Shown here: positions 53,201 to 60,833 of the stretch, one piece after another
Layout: every line of letters begins with the position of its first letter
How positions within the stretch are numbered: the first letter of the stretch is position 1
Source of the DNA: a virus
Direction: 5' to 3' (one strand)
DNA: 64,000 nucleotides
IMG/VR virus record: IMGVR_UViG_3300045988_167582
Notes under the pieces: model-generated
Seen by the model: only the letters and a program-made list of their open reading frames with translations
The model's database searches: none
Told to the model about the DNA's origin: nothing
Made by a program: the position numbers and the translations under genes

Positions 53201-54368
53201 CGGAGAATTTTTGAGTGTTCTCTCCAGCAACACGTATGGCGGTGGATGATTGCACGGTAGTCGTTTTAATTTCGCTAAATTTTTTGTTGAATTCACGCGC
53301 TGACATCTCTCCATTTTGTAGTTCTCTCGAAAGTTTTTCAAGAGCATCAGCTTGCTGCGAGTAAATTTGATAGTCCTTGCTTGAATTACCATGCTTAGCC
53401 GCAGTCCACTTTTCTGTGTTGCTACGGACTGCCGCAAGAAGCGTATTAACTTTGTTTAGTGCGGCATTATATTGCTCTGTCCCCTTTGATAGTTTTACTT
53501 CCTCAAAGGTTGCCCCTGCAACTTCTGCACGGAACGCAGACATGGCTGTTTTTGCCCCTTCAATAGCCGTGCTGCCATCAAGCCCGACTTGTTTAAGGGC
53601 TTCACTTAACGAAATCGACCCAGAGGATGCTAACTGCAACGCATTCGTGAATAAGCGAACCTGTTCTTGTAAAACTGTATACGAACTAAGATTGGCGGCG
53701 TTGCCGTTGGAATTCAGCAAATTCTGCATTTGAGCAATAACAGAATACATTTGGCTCATATTGATAGTGCCGGATGAACCTGTCTGTTCCATCTCAACTC
53801 TGAATGCTGCAAGAGCTGTCTTAGCGTTTTCAATAGCCGTACTGCCATCAAGCCCGACCTGCTTAAGGGCTGCATCAATAGAAATTGCTTTATCCTCGGC
53901 AATTTCCAATGCGCTTCCGAATAAATCAGCTTGCTTAACTAACTCAGAATATGTGGAAGCAACCTGAGCATTTTGATTGGTACGCATTGCCGCAAGTAAT
54001 TCGCGATATGTATTAAGAACCTGCCTTAGAGAGGTTTCATGTTCCTTTTCTGCATTTGCAGCCTTTATGGATGCTGCAGCCTGTGTATCCGCAGCTCTGC
54101 GTGCCTCATTTGCAATATCGGCAATTTCTGCAGTAGCCTTCCGACGCGTACTACCCGAGGAGGTATTCGTGCTGGCAGAGCCCAACTGTTTGTTGATTGC
54201 CGTGATTTGATTTCGTAAACTTTCAACCGCCTTTTGGTCAATATCAAATGCGACTTTTATTTTAGGCGGAGTTTTGTTGAGGTCAGATACCAGATTACTG
54301 ATATCTTTTTTCATCTGTTCGTAACTAAGACCAACATCAACCCCTACTGACAATAAAAAATCAGCCAT
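47250..54368 (-). CDS. tape measure protein (2372 aa)
   Basis: Size, position, coiled-coil content, a central hydrophobic block (ILLAVTSALLITKGGLIACKVQLLAVAAV...) and an SH3-like C-terminal segment. Confidence 0.9.
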   Translation of the reverse strand: MADFLLSVGVDVGLSYEQMKKDISNLVSDLNKTPPKIKVAFDIDQKAVESLRNQITAINKQLGSASTNTSSGSTRRKATAEIADIANEARRAADTQAAASIKAANAEKEHETSLRQVLNTYRELLAAMRTNQNAQVASTYSELVKQADLFGSALEIAEDKAISIDAALKQVGLDGSTAIENAKTALAAFRVEMEQTGSSGTINMSQMYSVIAQMQNLLNSNGNAANLSSYTVLQEQVRLFTNALQLASSGSISLSEALKQVGLDGSTAIEGAKTAMSAFRAEVAGATFEEVKLSKGTEQYNAALNKVNTLLAAVRSNTEKWTAAKHGNSSKDYQIYSQQADALEKLSRELQNGEMSAREFNKKFSEIKTTTVQSSTAIRVAGENTQKFSERIGSLSSKFGTWFSITRVIMAAFRSVKQMVSAVIELDTAMTELKKVTNETDATYEKFLVNAASRAKQLGAALSDTVTATADFARLGFSIEEAEKLADTAIVYKNVGDGIKDISEASESIIATMQAFDIAADDTMTIVDKFNEVGNNYAISSEGVGEALLRSAAAMHAANNSLDETIALATAANTIVQDPEKVGTTLKTVSMYLRAAKTEAEEAGEATDGMATSVSKLREDILALTNNKVDIQIDEDTFKSTYQILKELSEVWGELTDLTQANILEMVGGKRNSNVVAALLDNFSVAEEALKTSANSAGSALKENEKVLESIQGKINIMKASFETLSNNVISSDLVKVFIDAGTGILDFLNGVSKVITALGGLKTILLAVTSALLITKGGLIACKVQLLAVAAVKKIISFFGSLKSGITNVINILPTAVTAWKAYAAGTVSASAAMQASIPVIGLVLAALTALVGGLSLYNQKTDEARQAAIDTAEAYREQQSEMTSSKGTLDKISDRYAELSQGVDAFGNRISLSAEQYEEYKDIVGQIADMFPTMIKGYNEEGVAILSCKGNVEELTQAYNNLVKAQNNKVLGEALELLDDFKDKKKDFDESNFKGNEYTTKANDALKKILSATDIEAAIDEYARAGTSNAVQIVQALKDAGLEQQTDGFLGLGGETGREFIARAIRENKEVVSGIVGNFDTEMAAAAQNMQSIVSAYISNAFLESYSNISPAVQNLVSNIVSGFDADFYSQFDSLNDLYNYLNNLLGSFGKLSTADANTLTATFDLKAKYDGGDCTIEEYINGIKNAKSVIDQFDEDTQKKIYLALGFDENDIEGQYDELLKKVEDKNKDWLNSLNSDDFSLVYEISLNNDTTSWTLDDWIKKLQESREEANKSNDSLSDLSKSLTSLKDAYSILTTAEEEMASGGLSADTIKALADSTSDYLDYLYEENGVVKLNTEAWKEYANAKMEENIRAIEASITELENEKAALEEQNEALQNAKVYADDYVGAIEPGAYRQSEYTAAVEANTSAMNENAAAIEANQAKLGIYKTLYGEIATSLDAYSAALNNFSNIANAITSVSNALTTVADLQETVANGFTISLEKALEFAKVYPEILNNATVAADGQITLNEGVVNAFISGKESELKAQIDAKIAELEADKSVLTAKMEFSKAQLELAKSVGTGEGQISKEVAEYRVNAGNAVVQAMIAAGIDEATAYQLACAAMAQNSEEFNRVAAEVCTDVQGNFNQAAYDAAQSIYKNMQNSKLSIASVAKQAHQAALAIAGIGSGKVQGSSNVNGEGAGGSSGSKGNITVSSGNFKGTSYSYESKTIALEDFISDLELDISNYTQAISQIDGQIAALKALRNTSLNKFSTNNKKASSGSKSGSKSGSKSGSKSGSGSGSKSSSKKDEENWFEKQYKMHNHLLDMDAENVEDYLNWLNSAYQQAYKENIITLDDFYKYQEEVYKGLRDLFKDYLNDVEHEISMRKNYDGESKKIISMYKTLISAVEKEIKAARAQGLDDTDDYIQSLQDKWASYKDAIKDIEDDIKDNAKDALEELVDYQEDMIKQDIENQKDAIDKKLDYLKEFYDKQKEMLQDQYDEEEYLKEQSEKRKSVSDIQAQLAQLESDDSAWAQKRKAELQKDLADAQGELDDFEKQHALDLALDALEDSYNAQEEQLQKQIDALDAELNNPEMMFNKALLAIQENTGNLYQQMLEYNRKYGTGNDDDVKDTYEEAYKALLEYKELYGKDYKGVKLTNATGYKPNTGWDTSAVSGTNPSNQSQKPPSNSSSSKPSTSQSNAPSLSKGSSITVKKTATHFSSKSRGVRMASFVPGGTYTVYQTKGNEVLIGRNGVYTGWINKSDIVGYATGTKKATAGLHSIDELGTETTFESKDGVRYKLFTGGEKVLNAKASDFLYEFANGGGEILKKIIRSALGGSLLDTIQPVIRQNEINMGDIIVRGNADQQTVSAIRREQRSAVETMLKEFNKLNK
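49021..49092. repeat. 12-nt tandem repeat AGAGCCAGACTT x4-5 inside the TMP
   Basis: Encodes (GSKS)n in frame: GSKSGSKSGSKSGSKSGSGSGSKSSSKK. Confidence 0.9.
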
Positions 54369-54385
54369 CTATTTCTCACCTTCCT

Positions 54386-54421
54386 TTTATAAAAGAAAGG
54401 ATTGGCTCAATGCCAATCCTT
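54386..54421 (-). terminator. rho-independent terminator immediately upstream of the TMP RBS
   Basis: On the minus strand: AAGGATTGGC-attga-GCCAATCCTT followed by TCTTTTAT. Confidence 0.55.
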
Positions 54422-54464
54422 AATAGTTCGCTGTGTCAGTAGGGTTGCCGTTCTGACACTAAGC

Positions 54465-55058
54465 TTATTTGTAAATATCATCGACCTCGATGTCCGTCAC
54501 GCCATAATCCGAAGCGTAGTTTCCCATGTAATCACGAATCGCGTTCTCGATGAAATGAGCACCAGAACGGTGCTGGAGGCTGGGAATGTTAAACGGAGAA
54601 TGATGAAGCCATATACCATAGACAACGTGACCTGCATCATATCCACTATTGAGCAACGCGGCAATATTATCAATGCCGTCGTATTCATCAGTGCAAAGTG
54701 AATCCCGTCGTAAGTCATTCTCAAACCATACCGGGATTTGATATTTGTGTTTGCCGACCTTGTACGGGGTACCGTGGTCGAGCTGCGACAACGCCTCAAC
54801 AGCAGTTGCACCAAGTTTCCCGTCTGCAAATCCAGAAGTTGCCTCAAGACTTCTGATTTCATTTCGCAAAACTTCAATAAATTTAGCAGCAGCAAATGCG
54901 GGAGATGTCGGCATACCACCGACAGTATTGGATTTGCCACCGCCGTTGCCGGTCAATGCAAATTCGTCTGTCTTAGCTTCTATTTGCTTTTGAAACTTTG
55001 ATGTATTTGTTGCTTTAACTGCTTTCTCCATGATGGATTTCATGTCGATGTTTGACAT
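54465..55058 (-). CDS. hypothetical protein (second chaperone-position gene)
   Basis: TAATG coupling with the upstream gene. Confidence 0.45.
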   Translation of the reverse strand: MSNIDMKSIMEKAVKATNTSKFQKQIEAKTDEFALTGNGGGKSNTVGGMPTSPAFAAAKFIEVLRNEIRSLEATSGFADGKLGATAVEALSQLDHGTPYKVGKHKYQIPVWFENDLRRDSLCTDEYDGIDNIAALLNSGYDAGHVVYGIWLHHSPFNIPSLQHRSGAHFIENAIRDYMGNYASDYGVTDIEVDDIYK

Positions 55059-55672
55059 TATTTATCTCCACCTTTGGGCGCTGCCTTCTTCTTTGATTTC
55101 GTCTGAGATACATAAGCCTTCACAAGCTTATCCTCGTCGAGCTTGCCACCAGTGATTGCACCGATGAGTTTAACTACATCGTCGGAATTTACATTAGAAA
55201 ATGTGGAAGACAGTTTTTCCTGAAGAGCGTTAAAGCTGGTGTAAAGCTCATTCATCTGCTTGTGAACCATCTCGATATTCGCCTGAGCAAGATTTTTGAG
55301 CTTATCGTTGATTGCCTGACACATTTCGTTAAACTGCTGTTCGTTGACATGGGGGAGAACGCTTTCGATAATATCAGAGCAATAAATCAGGTTGTATTTA
55401 TGTTCCGAATTATCGGGCAGGGAAAGATTCGTATACATATCAACAATGCAGCACTTAATAAAGAAATCCTTGACCTCGGGGATGTACGAAGCATCATCTG
55501 TCGTAAAACAGCCTTTGACAACCGTATTTACAAAGGTCATTACCTCTTTAAGCGTAAGCGTCTTTTTGATGACAAGGTCAACGCCATGCCACTGTAAATT
55601 TTCTGTCGGTGTATAGTTTTCTGCAACAATCTTGTCGAATGTGTTGATTGAAATCTTCTTTGTTTTTGTCAT
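55058..55672 (-). CDS. hypothetical protein, possible tail assembly chaperone
   Basis: AAGGAG SD before ATG 55672. Position upstream of the TMP. The ORF-track start 55840 overlaps the RusA-like gene. Confidence 0.4.
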   Translation of the reverse strand: MTKTKKISINTFDKIVAENYTPTENLQWHGVDLVIKKTLTLKEVMTFVNTVVKGCFTTDDASYIPEVKDFFIKCCIVDMYTNLSLPDNSEHKYNLIYCSDIIESVLPHVNEQQFNEMCQAINDKLKNLAQANIEMVHKQMNELYTSFNALQEKLSSTFSNVNSDDVVKLIGAITGGKLDEDKLVKAYVSQTKSKKKAAPKGGDK

Positions 55673-55685
55673 TGTAAAACTCCTT

Positions 55686-56291
55686 TCATCCTTTGCGAGC
55701 TTTGAATTTTGAACAAACGCAATCCTTAATCTCATCCTGAATACGACCTTCTTTTGCATGTCGTAAAATACTACAATTTCGTGAGTACCTTGTACACCCG
55801 ACGCATCTGGAGACGAAAGCCTCCATTTGAGGCGCGTCATCGAAAACGCCTATATAGTCAACTGGATGAATGATTATTTCCATTCGAGGATTTGTTTGGT
55901 CGTAATATATTGCTTGTACGCGCTCGCAGGTGACATTATCGTCCAGCCATATAAGTTGTGTGTCGGTTATTGCGTCAAGCATTACTTTGAAATAGTTGTT
56001 TCCGTCCAAATTTGTTGCTGGGAAATAAAAAATCGTATCAACATAAAAATGTTGAGTCTTGTTCGGTGTTAAAGACCACCCCTGTCTTTTTACTTCTTGC
56101 CGTACATATTCAGCAAATTCCGTTCTGTATTTAGTTGCCTCTGGCGTTTTATAGGACATTGCCATCGGTCTCCCGTTTTTCACGATTGCCCGATAAGCCA
56201 GATAATGATTTACTGATGGGGGAATAGGGGAGGTAAGCCGTAATTCTGTTATTTTTACCACCTCGTTTATGATAAAAAGGCTGCATCTCAT
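55686..56291 (-). CDS. rusA: RusA-family Holliday junction resolvase with a Cys-rich C-terminal extension
   Basis: SPIPPSVNHY...NLDGNNYFKVMLDAITD..IWLDDNV follows the RusA motifs. The extension is CVGCTRYSRNC...CVC. The listed ATG lies in a terminator loop, so the true start is probably a few codons downstream. Confidence 0.6.
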   Translation of the reverse strand: MRCSLFIINEVVKITELRLTSPIPPSVNHYLAYRAIVKNGRPMAMSYKTPEATKYRTEFAEYVRQEVKRQGWSLTPNKTQHFYVDTIFYFPATNLDGNNYFKVMLDAITDTQLIWLDDNVTCERVQAIYYDQTNPRMEIIIHPVDYIGVFDDAPQMEAFVSRCVGCTRYSRNCSILRHAKEGRIQDEIKDCVCSKFKARKG

Positions 56292-56301
56292 AGATGCAGC
56301 C
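56271..56301 (-). terminator. strong rho-independent terminator after the zinc-ribbon gene
   Basis: On the minus strand: GGCTGCATCT-atg-AGATGCAGCC followed by TTTTTATC. Confidence 0.6.
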
Positions 56302-56308
56302 TTCTGTT

Positions 56309-56617
56309 CTATACCATCGCAGTTTCTTCCGCTTCGTCATCAAAATCGTCTGCGAACCAATCATCCTCGTTATCATATTCATCGAGGTCGCTAAAATCGG
56401 TCACAGTCGGTTTGGCAACAACTGCGTCTTTATCCGCAACTTCATTCTTTGCGGGGATTCCCGCACGAGACGCTTCGATTTGAGCAAGGTAGCTTGCTCC
56501 ACACTCGGGGGAACAAGCTACATCTTGCCAGCGAAAGACTCCTGCGACGCGGCGCACGGTATGACAATACTCGTATTCCTTACCGCACACTCTACATTTT
56601 TTAATCGCAGTCGCCAT
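56309..56617 (-). CDS. zinc-ribbon protein with a highly acidic tail
   Basis: CRVCGKEYEYC...CSPEC, then DFSDLDEYDNEDDWFADDFDDEAEE. AGGAGA SD. Confidence 0.5.
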   Translation of the reverse strand: MATAIKKCRVCGKEYEYCHTVRRVAGVFRWQDVACSPECGASYLAQIEASRAGIPAKNEVADKDAVVAKPTVTDFSDLDEYDNEDDWFADDFDDEAEETAMV

Positions 56618-56634
56618 AATAATTCTCCTAATGA

Positions 56635-57432
56635 TTAGTCAGCGTCAGCAGTGTTGGCACCAAAAATGGTATAAGTCCAAAGCTGACCGCCAGCACCGCA
56701 AGCACCGGCGAGAGCCTCTGCCTCGAACGCATGAACTGTCTGGTTGTCGCCCATCTCGAATGAGAACTCACCAGAGAAGTCAGCCTTCGGAATGAAGAAC
56801 TGAATACGGTACACATTAGCGCACTTATCCTCGCCGAGAGCGTCAATATAAAGAGCGCACTTGGCAGAATAGCTGTCGCTTTCGTTCTCGAGGACATCGG
56901 CAGTGATTTTACGCTTGTAGTAAACAACAACCTCAGAACCGTCGGCAACATCGGTATGGAAACCAAGAGCCTTGGTAGAGGGGTCATATGTAAACTTACC
57001 AGCAGCGGCAGCAGCAGCCTGCTCAAGTTCATCACCGAGCGTACCGTCAGCATTGCGAATATACAGTGCCTCAATTTCCGCACCGGTCGTCCCAACAGCC
57101 TTCCACTGGGTATTCGCAGCCGAAGACTTCACGGTAAGATAGTCAGTCCAAAGCACTTCCGTAGCCTTGTTCTCGAACTTACCGCCAGTCTGCATTTCGA
57201 GCAGACCACCAGACACAAGACCGTTAGTACCGCTGACGGTCACAGCCTTGTTGCGCTTTAACTTAGCAAGCTTACGACCAGCCTTACCGGTGACTTCAGT
57301 AGATTCCTGAGACTGAGCAAGAGATGCGGTCTGGAGCTCATCAAGAGTAAACTTGTAGTTGCCAGTGACAATATCAAACGCAGTGATGGTCTCAAGACTG
57401 GTGATAGTAATATCATTGATATTCATAGACAC
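56635..57432 (-). CDS. putative major tail (tube) protein
   Basis: Position, size, beta-rich G/T/A composition and strong SD. No sheath gene is present. Confidence 0.5.
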   Translation of the reverse strand: MSMNINDITITSLETITAFDIVTGNYKFTLDELQTASLAQSQESTEVTGKAGRKLAKLKRNKAVTVSGTNGLVSGGLLEMQTGGKFENKATEVLWTDYLTVKSSAANTQWKAVGTTGAEIEALYIRNADGTLGDELEQAAAAAAGKFTYDPSTKALGFHTDVADGSEVVVYYKRKITADVLENESDSYSAKCALYIDALGEDKCANVYRIQFFIPKADFSGEFSFEMGDNQTVHAFEAEALAGACGAGGQLWTYTIFGANTADAD

Positions 57433-57447
57433 TTTCCTCCTAATTGA

Positions 57448-58164
57448 TTATTTGTGAGTGAGCCAGTTCAAATCATCTTGGCTCAAATCTTTGGCGTTTA
57501 CCGTACCGGCATATACGCCATACATTCTGTTGTCATAATCGACTTTCTTAATAACCTGTCGAACACTTTCGTTAAATTGATAAATTGAGAGTTCTCTTGT
57601 CCCCTCAAAATCGTATTTGTACTGTTCGGTATTAACCATAGCAATTATGAGAGACTCAAGCTGCGACGCTTCTTTGCGATTTCGATGACGCTTCATTTTG
57701 TCACGTGCCCGCTTGAGCATATATTCTTTCGCCTCTATATTGGCAGGCTTTCTTCGGTTCTTTTCGAGGTGGTGTATTTTCCGAAGGACTCCGGCGATTT
57801 GACTGTGAATTGCACGGTCAATTGTGATATCATGCTCCTCATCAAGCAAAACGATATTACCGTTCTGCTCGTTAACAGCCATCTTGAATTTGGATAGGTC
57901 TAAATCGCCAAAAACGAGACTTGTATTTTGAGATTTCAACCCGGCAAACATTAGCAAGAATAGCTCATATTCATTTATCGATGTGAAGTCGATGCCCGCA
58001 TCCTCCAATTGAACCATTAAGTCCACTGGCATTGCCGTCAGGATGGAGACAAGACCGTAATAGCCATCCTCGTCGTCAAGGATTTGCCCGACGCTCGGGA
58101 TGACAATACTGATAGAGTCGTTGATTGCGTACTGCTTTTTATAGAGGAGATTTTGGGTGGGCAT
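57448..58164 (-). CDS. hypothetical virion morphogenesis protein
   Basis: Tightly packed in the head-tail joining block. Confidence 0.4.
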   Translation of the reverse strand: MPTQNLLYKKQYAINDSISIVIPSVGQILDDEDGYYGLVSILTAMPVDLMVQLEDAGIDFTSINEYELFLLMFAGLKSQNTSLVFGDLDLSKFKMAVNEQNGNIVLLDEEHDITIDRAIHSQIAGVLRKIHHLEKNRRKPANIEAKEYMLKRARDKMKRHRNRKEASQLESLIIAMVNTEQYKYDFEGTRELSIYQFNESVRQVIKKVDYDNRMYGVYAGTVNAKDLSQDDLNWLTHK

Positions 58165-58661
58165 TACCCATCCTTACGATTGGACGGAGTCTTTTTCTTG
58201 GGGTCGTACTGCCTATTGAAATCAACGGCATAGAATGTCATGCACTTTCCCTGATAGTCTGTCATTGGCGCGAAACGCTTTACTGAATAAAGGTTTAACT
58301 CGCCAAGACCATATTCCCGACTTCCGTTAATCGCTTTACAGATTTCCGAGCATAGCTTGTCTGTACGAACACCACCTTCGGGCAAACGAAGTAAGCTCCT
58401 ATGTGTAAATACCCACACATACAGCGTGGGTAAAAGGTATGTTTTATTTGCGGATTTTTGGATATCTACATCGAAACAGATATATGTATCGCCGTGCTCA
58501 ACAGTTTCAGGAACATACTCGCACGGATATACGAGGTTATAAGCAAGACTCTCTGGGCTCTTGAATTTCATGTCCGGGTCGAGTAACCGGACGATAGTAT
58601 CGTTCGTCAGTAAATCTTCCATGAGTTTATTCTTGTAATCATAGAATTCATCAAGCTGCAC
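58164..58661 (-). CDS. putative tail completion/terminator protein
   Basis: Position only. Confidence 0.35.
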   Translation of the reverse strand: MQLDEFYDYKNKLMEDLLTNDTIVRLLDPDMKFKSPESLAYNLVYPCEYVPETVEHGDTYICFDVDIQKSANKTYLLPTLYVWVFTHRSLLRLPEGGVRTDKLCSEICKAINGSREYGLGELNLYSVKRFAPMTDYQGKCMTFYAVDFNRQYDPKKKTPSNRKDG

Positions 58662-59432
58662 TTATAACCACACCTTCTTTCCGCTGGTATCTGTTTTTGA
58701 ATCATCAGATGAACCTGTCCCGTCATTGCCGGTTGAGGAATCGTCTTTTGGGAAATGCTTGTAATAATCGGCGATTCCAAGTTCCATATTATCATCGTCT
58801 GTAGAGACAACTTCCTGCAAAACAAAACTGTAAATGCCGCTGCCCTGATACGACTTGCCGACCTTTAACGGCTTGGTCAAAAGGTATGCAAGTTTATCAT
58901 TTGCATCCGGGTCATCGATTAAAAAGCGATTTTCTCTACCGAATTTTACAGTATGTTCGTTCTTGGCGATTGTCATAGAAATACGAGAGTCACCGCGTGT
59001 AACAATGAAGTTTCTGTCCTCGTATTCACCTGTAAGATACTTGGTACCATCTTCAATAACACACCACTGTTCTCTGATGATATCTTTGTCATCCACCCAC
59101 TTGAGTAAATGGTTACATTGAAGCAACTTGGTACGGGTATACACTTCATTATTCGCGTCCTTCTCGACAACGAGCCAATAGTTTTCTTCCCATTCAACAA
59201 GGGAACCACATCTGATGTCATCACCCGGAAATGATATCATCTTTTTCTCATTCAGATTGTCCGAATTGATAATTGCTACCTCTTGAGGCACACCATCGAT
59301 ATTTACCTGATGATAAGACAGACTGTCTCGAAGATTTGATTCTAAAAAATGAAGTTCTCTTCGGAAGACAGTTTTGCGCTTGGTATCTCCGCGAGCCTCA
59401 ATACGGGTTTTATATGTATCCCAAACACTCAC
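58662..59432 (-). CDS. hypothetical neck/structural protein
   Basis: Position only. Confidence 0.35.
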   Translation of the reverse strand: MSVWDTYKTRIEARGDTKRKTVFRRELHFLESNLRDSLSYHQVNIDGVPQEVAIINSDNLNEKKMISFPGDDIRCGSLVEWEENYWLVVEKDANNEVYTRTKLLQCNHLLKWVDDKDIIREQWCVIEDGTKYLTGEYEDRNFIVTRGDSRISMTIAKNEHTVKFGRENRFLIDDPDANDKLAYLLTKPLKVGKSYQGSGIYSFVLQEVVSTDDDNMELGIADYYKHFPKDDSSTGNDGTGSSDDSKTDTSGKKVWL

Positions 59433-59770
59433 ATAGACACCTCCTCGATATACCGGGACTTCAATTTGTTGCAGATAGAAATTGCCCGAAATACTTCGCG
59501 TTTCACTTCATAAACTGAGCAATCGGGAGTATCAATTAAATACTGCAAAATAGAAAGAAGCGTTAAATACAATGAATCGTCCTTAATCGCTTCAATGAAC
59601 TCTTTGCATCCAAGAAGTTCAATCTGAAGGCTGCGCATATATATTGAGAGAGACTCTTCTCCATTTTCTTTCATAGGGAGAACCTTAAAAAAGCAGTTTA
59701 CAAGGTTCTTGAAATAGCTGTGGAGAAATCTCGCATCAATTTTGCAACCGGCTGCTGTTTCCATCATCAT
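59429..59770 (-). CDS. hypothetical head-tail joining protein
   Basis: 4-nt overlaps with both neighbours. Confidence 0.35.
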   Translation of the reverse strand: MMMETAAGCKIDARFLHSYFKNLVNCFFKVLPMKENGEESLSIYMRSLQIELLGCKEFIEAIKDDSLYLTLLSILQYLIDTPDCSVYEVKREVFRAISICNKLKSRYIEEVSM

Positions 59771-60216
59771 AAATGAAGGTCACTCAGCTTTCCGTTATTG
59801 TAAGAGTACTCTCTAATAGCCTGCGTATAATCTCTCTGAGCTTTTTCATAAGCCTCACCGACTCGATGCAAAAGTTCGGCGGGAGAATAAGTGGTAAAGT
59901 CTCTTGTGTTTAATGTATTCTCGAGCAGTTCCTGCTTGTAGACATATGGTTTTAGCCACTGAACCACCATTCCTTCAGATATAATGTCAATAAGCTCATC
60001 CGCATCTGTTTCGGGGATATCAACAGCGAATTCTCTTGATTCATCATCTGCATTTGAACTTAAGTCATATTTACAATTCTTTTTGAAGGCAGCTACAGCT
60101 CGCTTCATATATCCGTCAACAATTGCATTTCTGTCTTCATCCGGCAGTGAAATGAAATCGTATTCTGAAATTTTAGACAGGAACGCACCCAAGAATGAGT
60201 CGTAGGGGATGCTCAT
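59767..60216 (-). CDS. putative head-tail connector (gp6/gp15-like)
   Basis: Position after the capsid block and size. Confidence 0.4.
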   Translation of the reverse strand: MSIPYDSFLGAFLSKISEYDFISLPDEDRNAIVDGYMKRAVAAFKKNCKYDLSSNADDESREFAVDIPETDADELIDIISEGMVVQWLKPYVYKQELLENTLNTRDFTTYSPAELLHRVGEAYEKAQRDYTQAIREYSYNNGKLSDLHL

Positions 60217-60227
60217 ATAGCGCCTCC

Positions 60228-60770
60228 TTACTTCTCAATCAACTCAGTATCAAGCGCTTCTTCAAGAGCCATGATAGACTTGCGAGAATCGATTTCTCCA
60301 TCAGCAATTAACTTACGGGCGCGATAAGCGACAGATTTCTTTAACCCATCCGACATAGTCGCAGCCAGCTTCTTGATTTCCGCAGGTGTCATGCTAAAGA
60401 TGGAATCAAAATCATCGATATGTAAAGAGTTCTTATAGAACTGACGAACGCCGAGGTAATCAATAACCCATTCCTCATCTTCGTCGAACATAAACCAGTT
60501 GTTTTCAAACATCTTTTTGCATGAACTTTTTGCGTTGCGAAGTTCTCGAAGCTCCATTTCCTGCTCATCACCGAACGCTCCCCAAGAGAACTTTTCGCCT
60601 GTACGGGGACTTTTATAGATTAACCTTCCCTGAAATCCATTACGAACTGTGACGTACTGAGTGGGGTCAACCTCCTTGGGGACGATAGGCATTTCCTTTT
60701 CCTGCACAACGGCGGGAGCAGTCTTGTTTTTATTAGTTGCCGAGGTTGTTTTTGTTTTTGTATTTGCCAT
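60228..60770 (-). CDS. hypothetical head-associated protein
   Basis: Position only. Confidence 0.35.
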   Translation of the reverse strand: MANTKTKTTSATNKNKTAPAVVQEKEMPIVPKEVDPTQYVTVRNGFQGRLIYKSPRTGEKFSWGAFGDEQEMELRELRNAKSSCKKMFENNWFMFDEDEEWVIDYLGVRQFYKNSLHIDDFDSIFSMTPAEIKKLAATMSDGLKKSVAYRARKLIADGEIDSRKSIMALEEALDTELIEK

Positions 60771-60786
60771 AACTCATATCCTTTCA

Positions 60787-60817
60787 TTCAAAATGCGAGG
60801 GCTCTATGAGCCCTCGC
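60787..60817 (-). terminator. hairpin terminator after the major capsid gene
   Basis: On the minus strand: GCGAGGGCTC-ata-GAGCCCTCGC followed by ATTTTGAA. Confidence 0.5.
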
Positions 60818-60833
60818 GAGAGTGGTTTACAGA

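Noticed and set aside
47537-54247. Numerous 60-140-aa ORFs on both strands inside the tape measure gene (e.g. 47537-47953, 48675-49013, 53377-53733)
   Set aside because: They are embedded in or antisense to a continuous 2372-aa ORF with clear TMP character. They have no SD sequences and show skewed low-complexity translations, so they are treated as shadow ORFs.
55056-55110. Programmed -1 frameshift joining the two genes upstream of the TMP (G/GT-type chaperone)
   Set aside because: The downstream gene is in the -1 frame, but that frame has a TAA only two codons before its ATG. The CCCAAAG near the end is not in the X XXY YYZ register. TAATG coupling fits two separate proteins.
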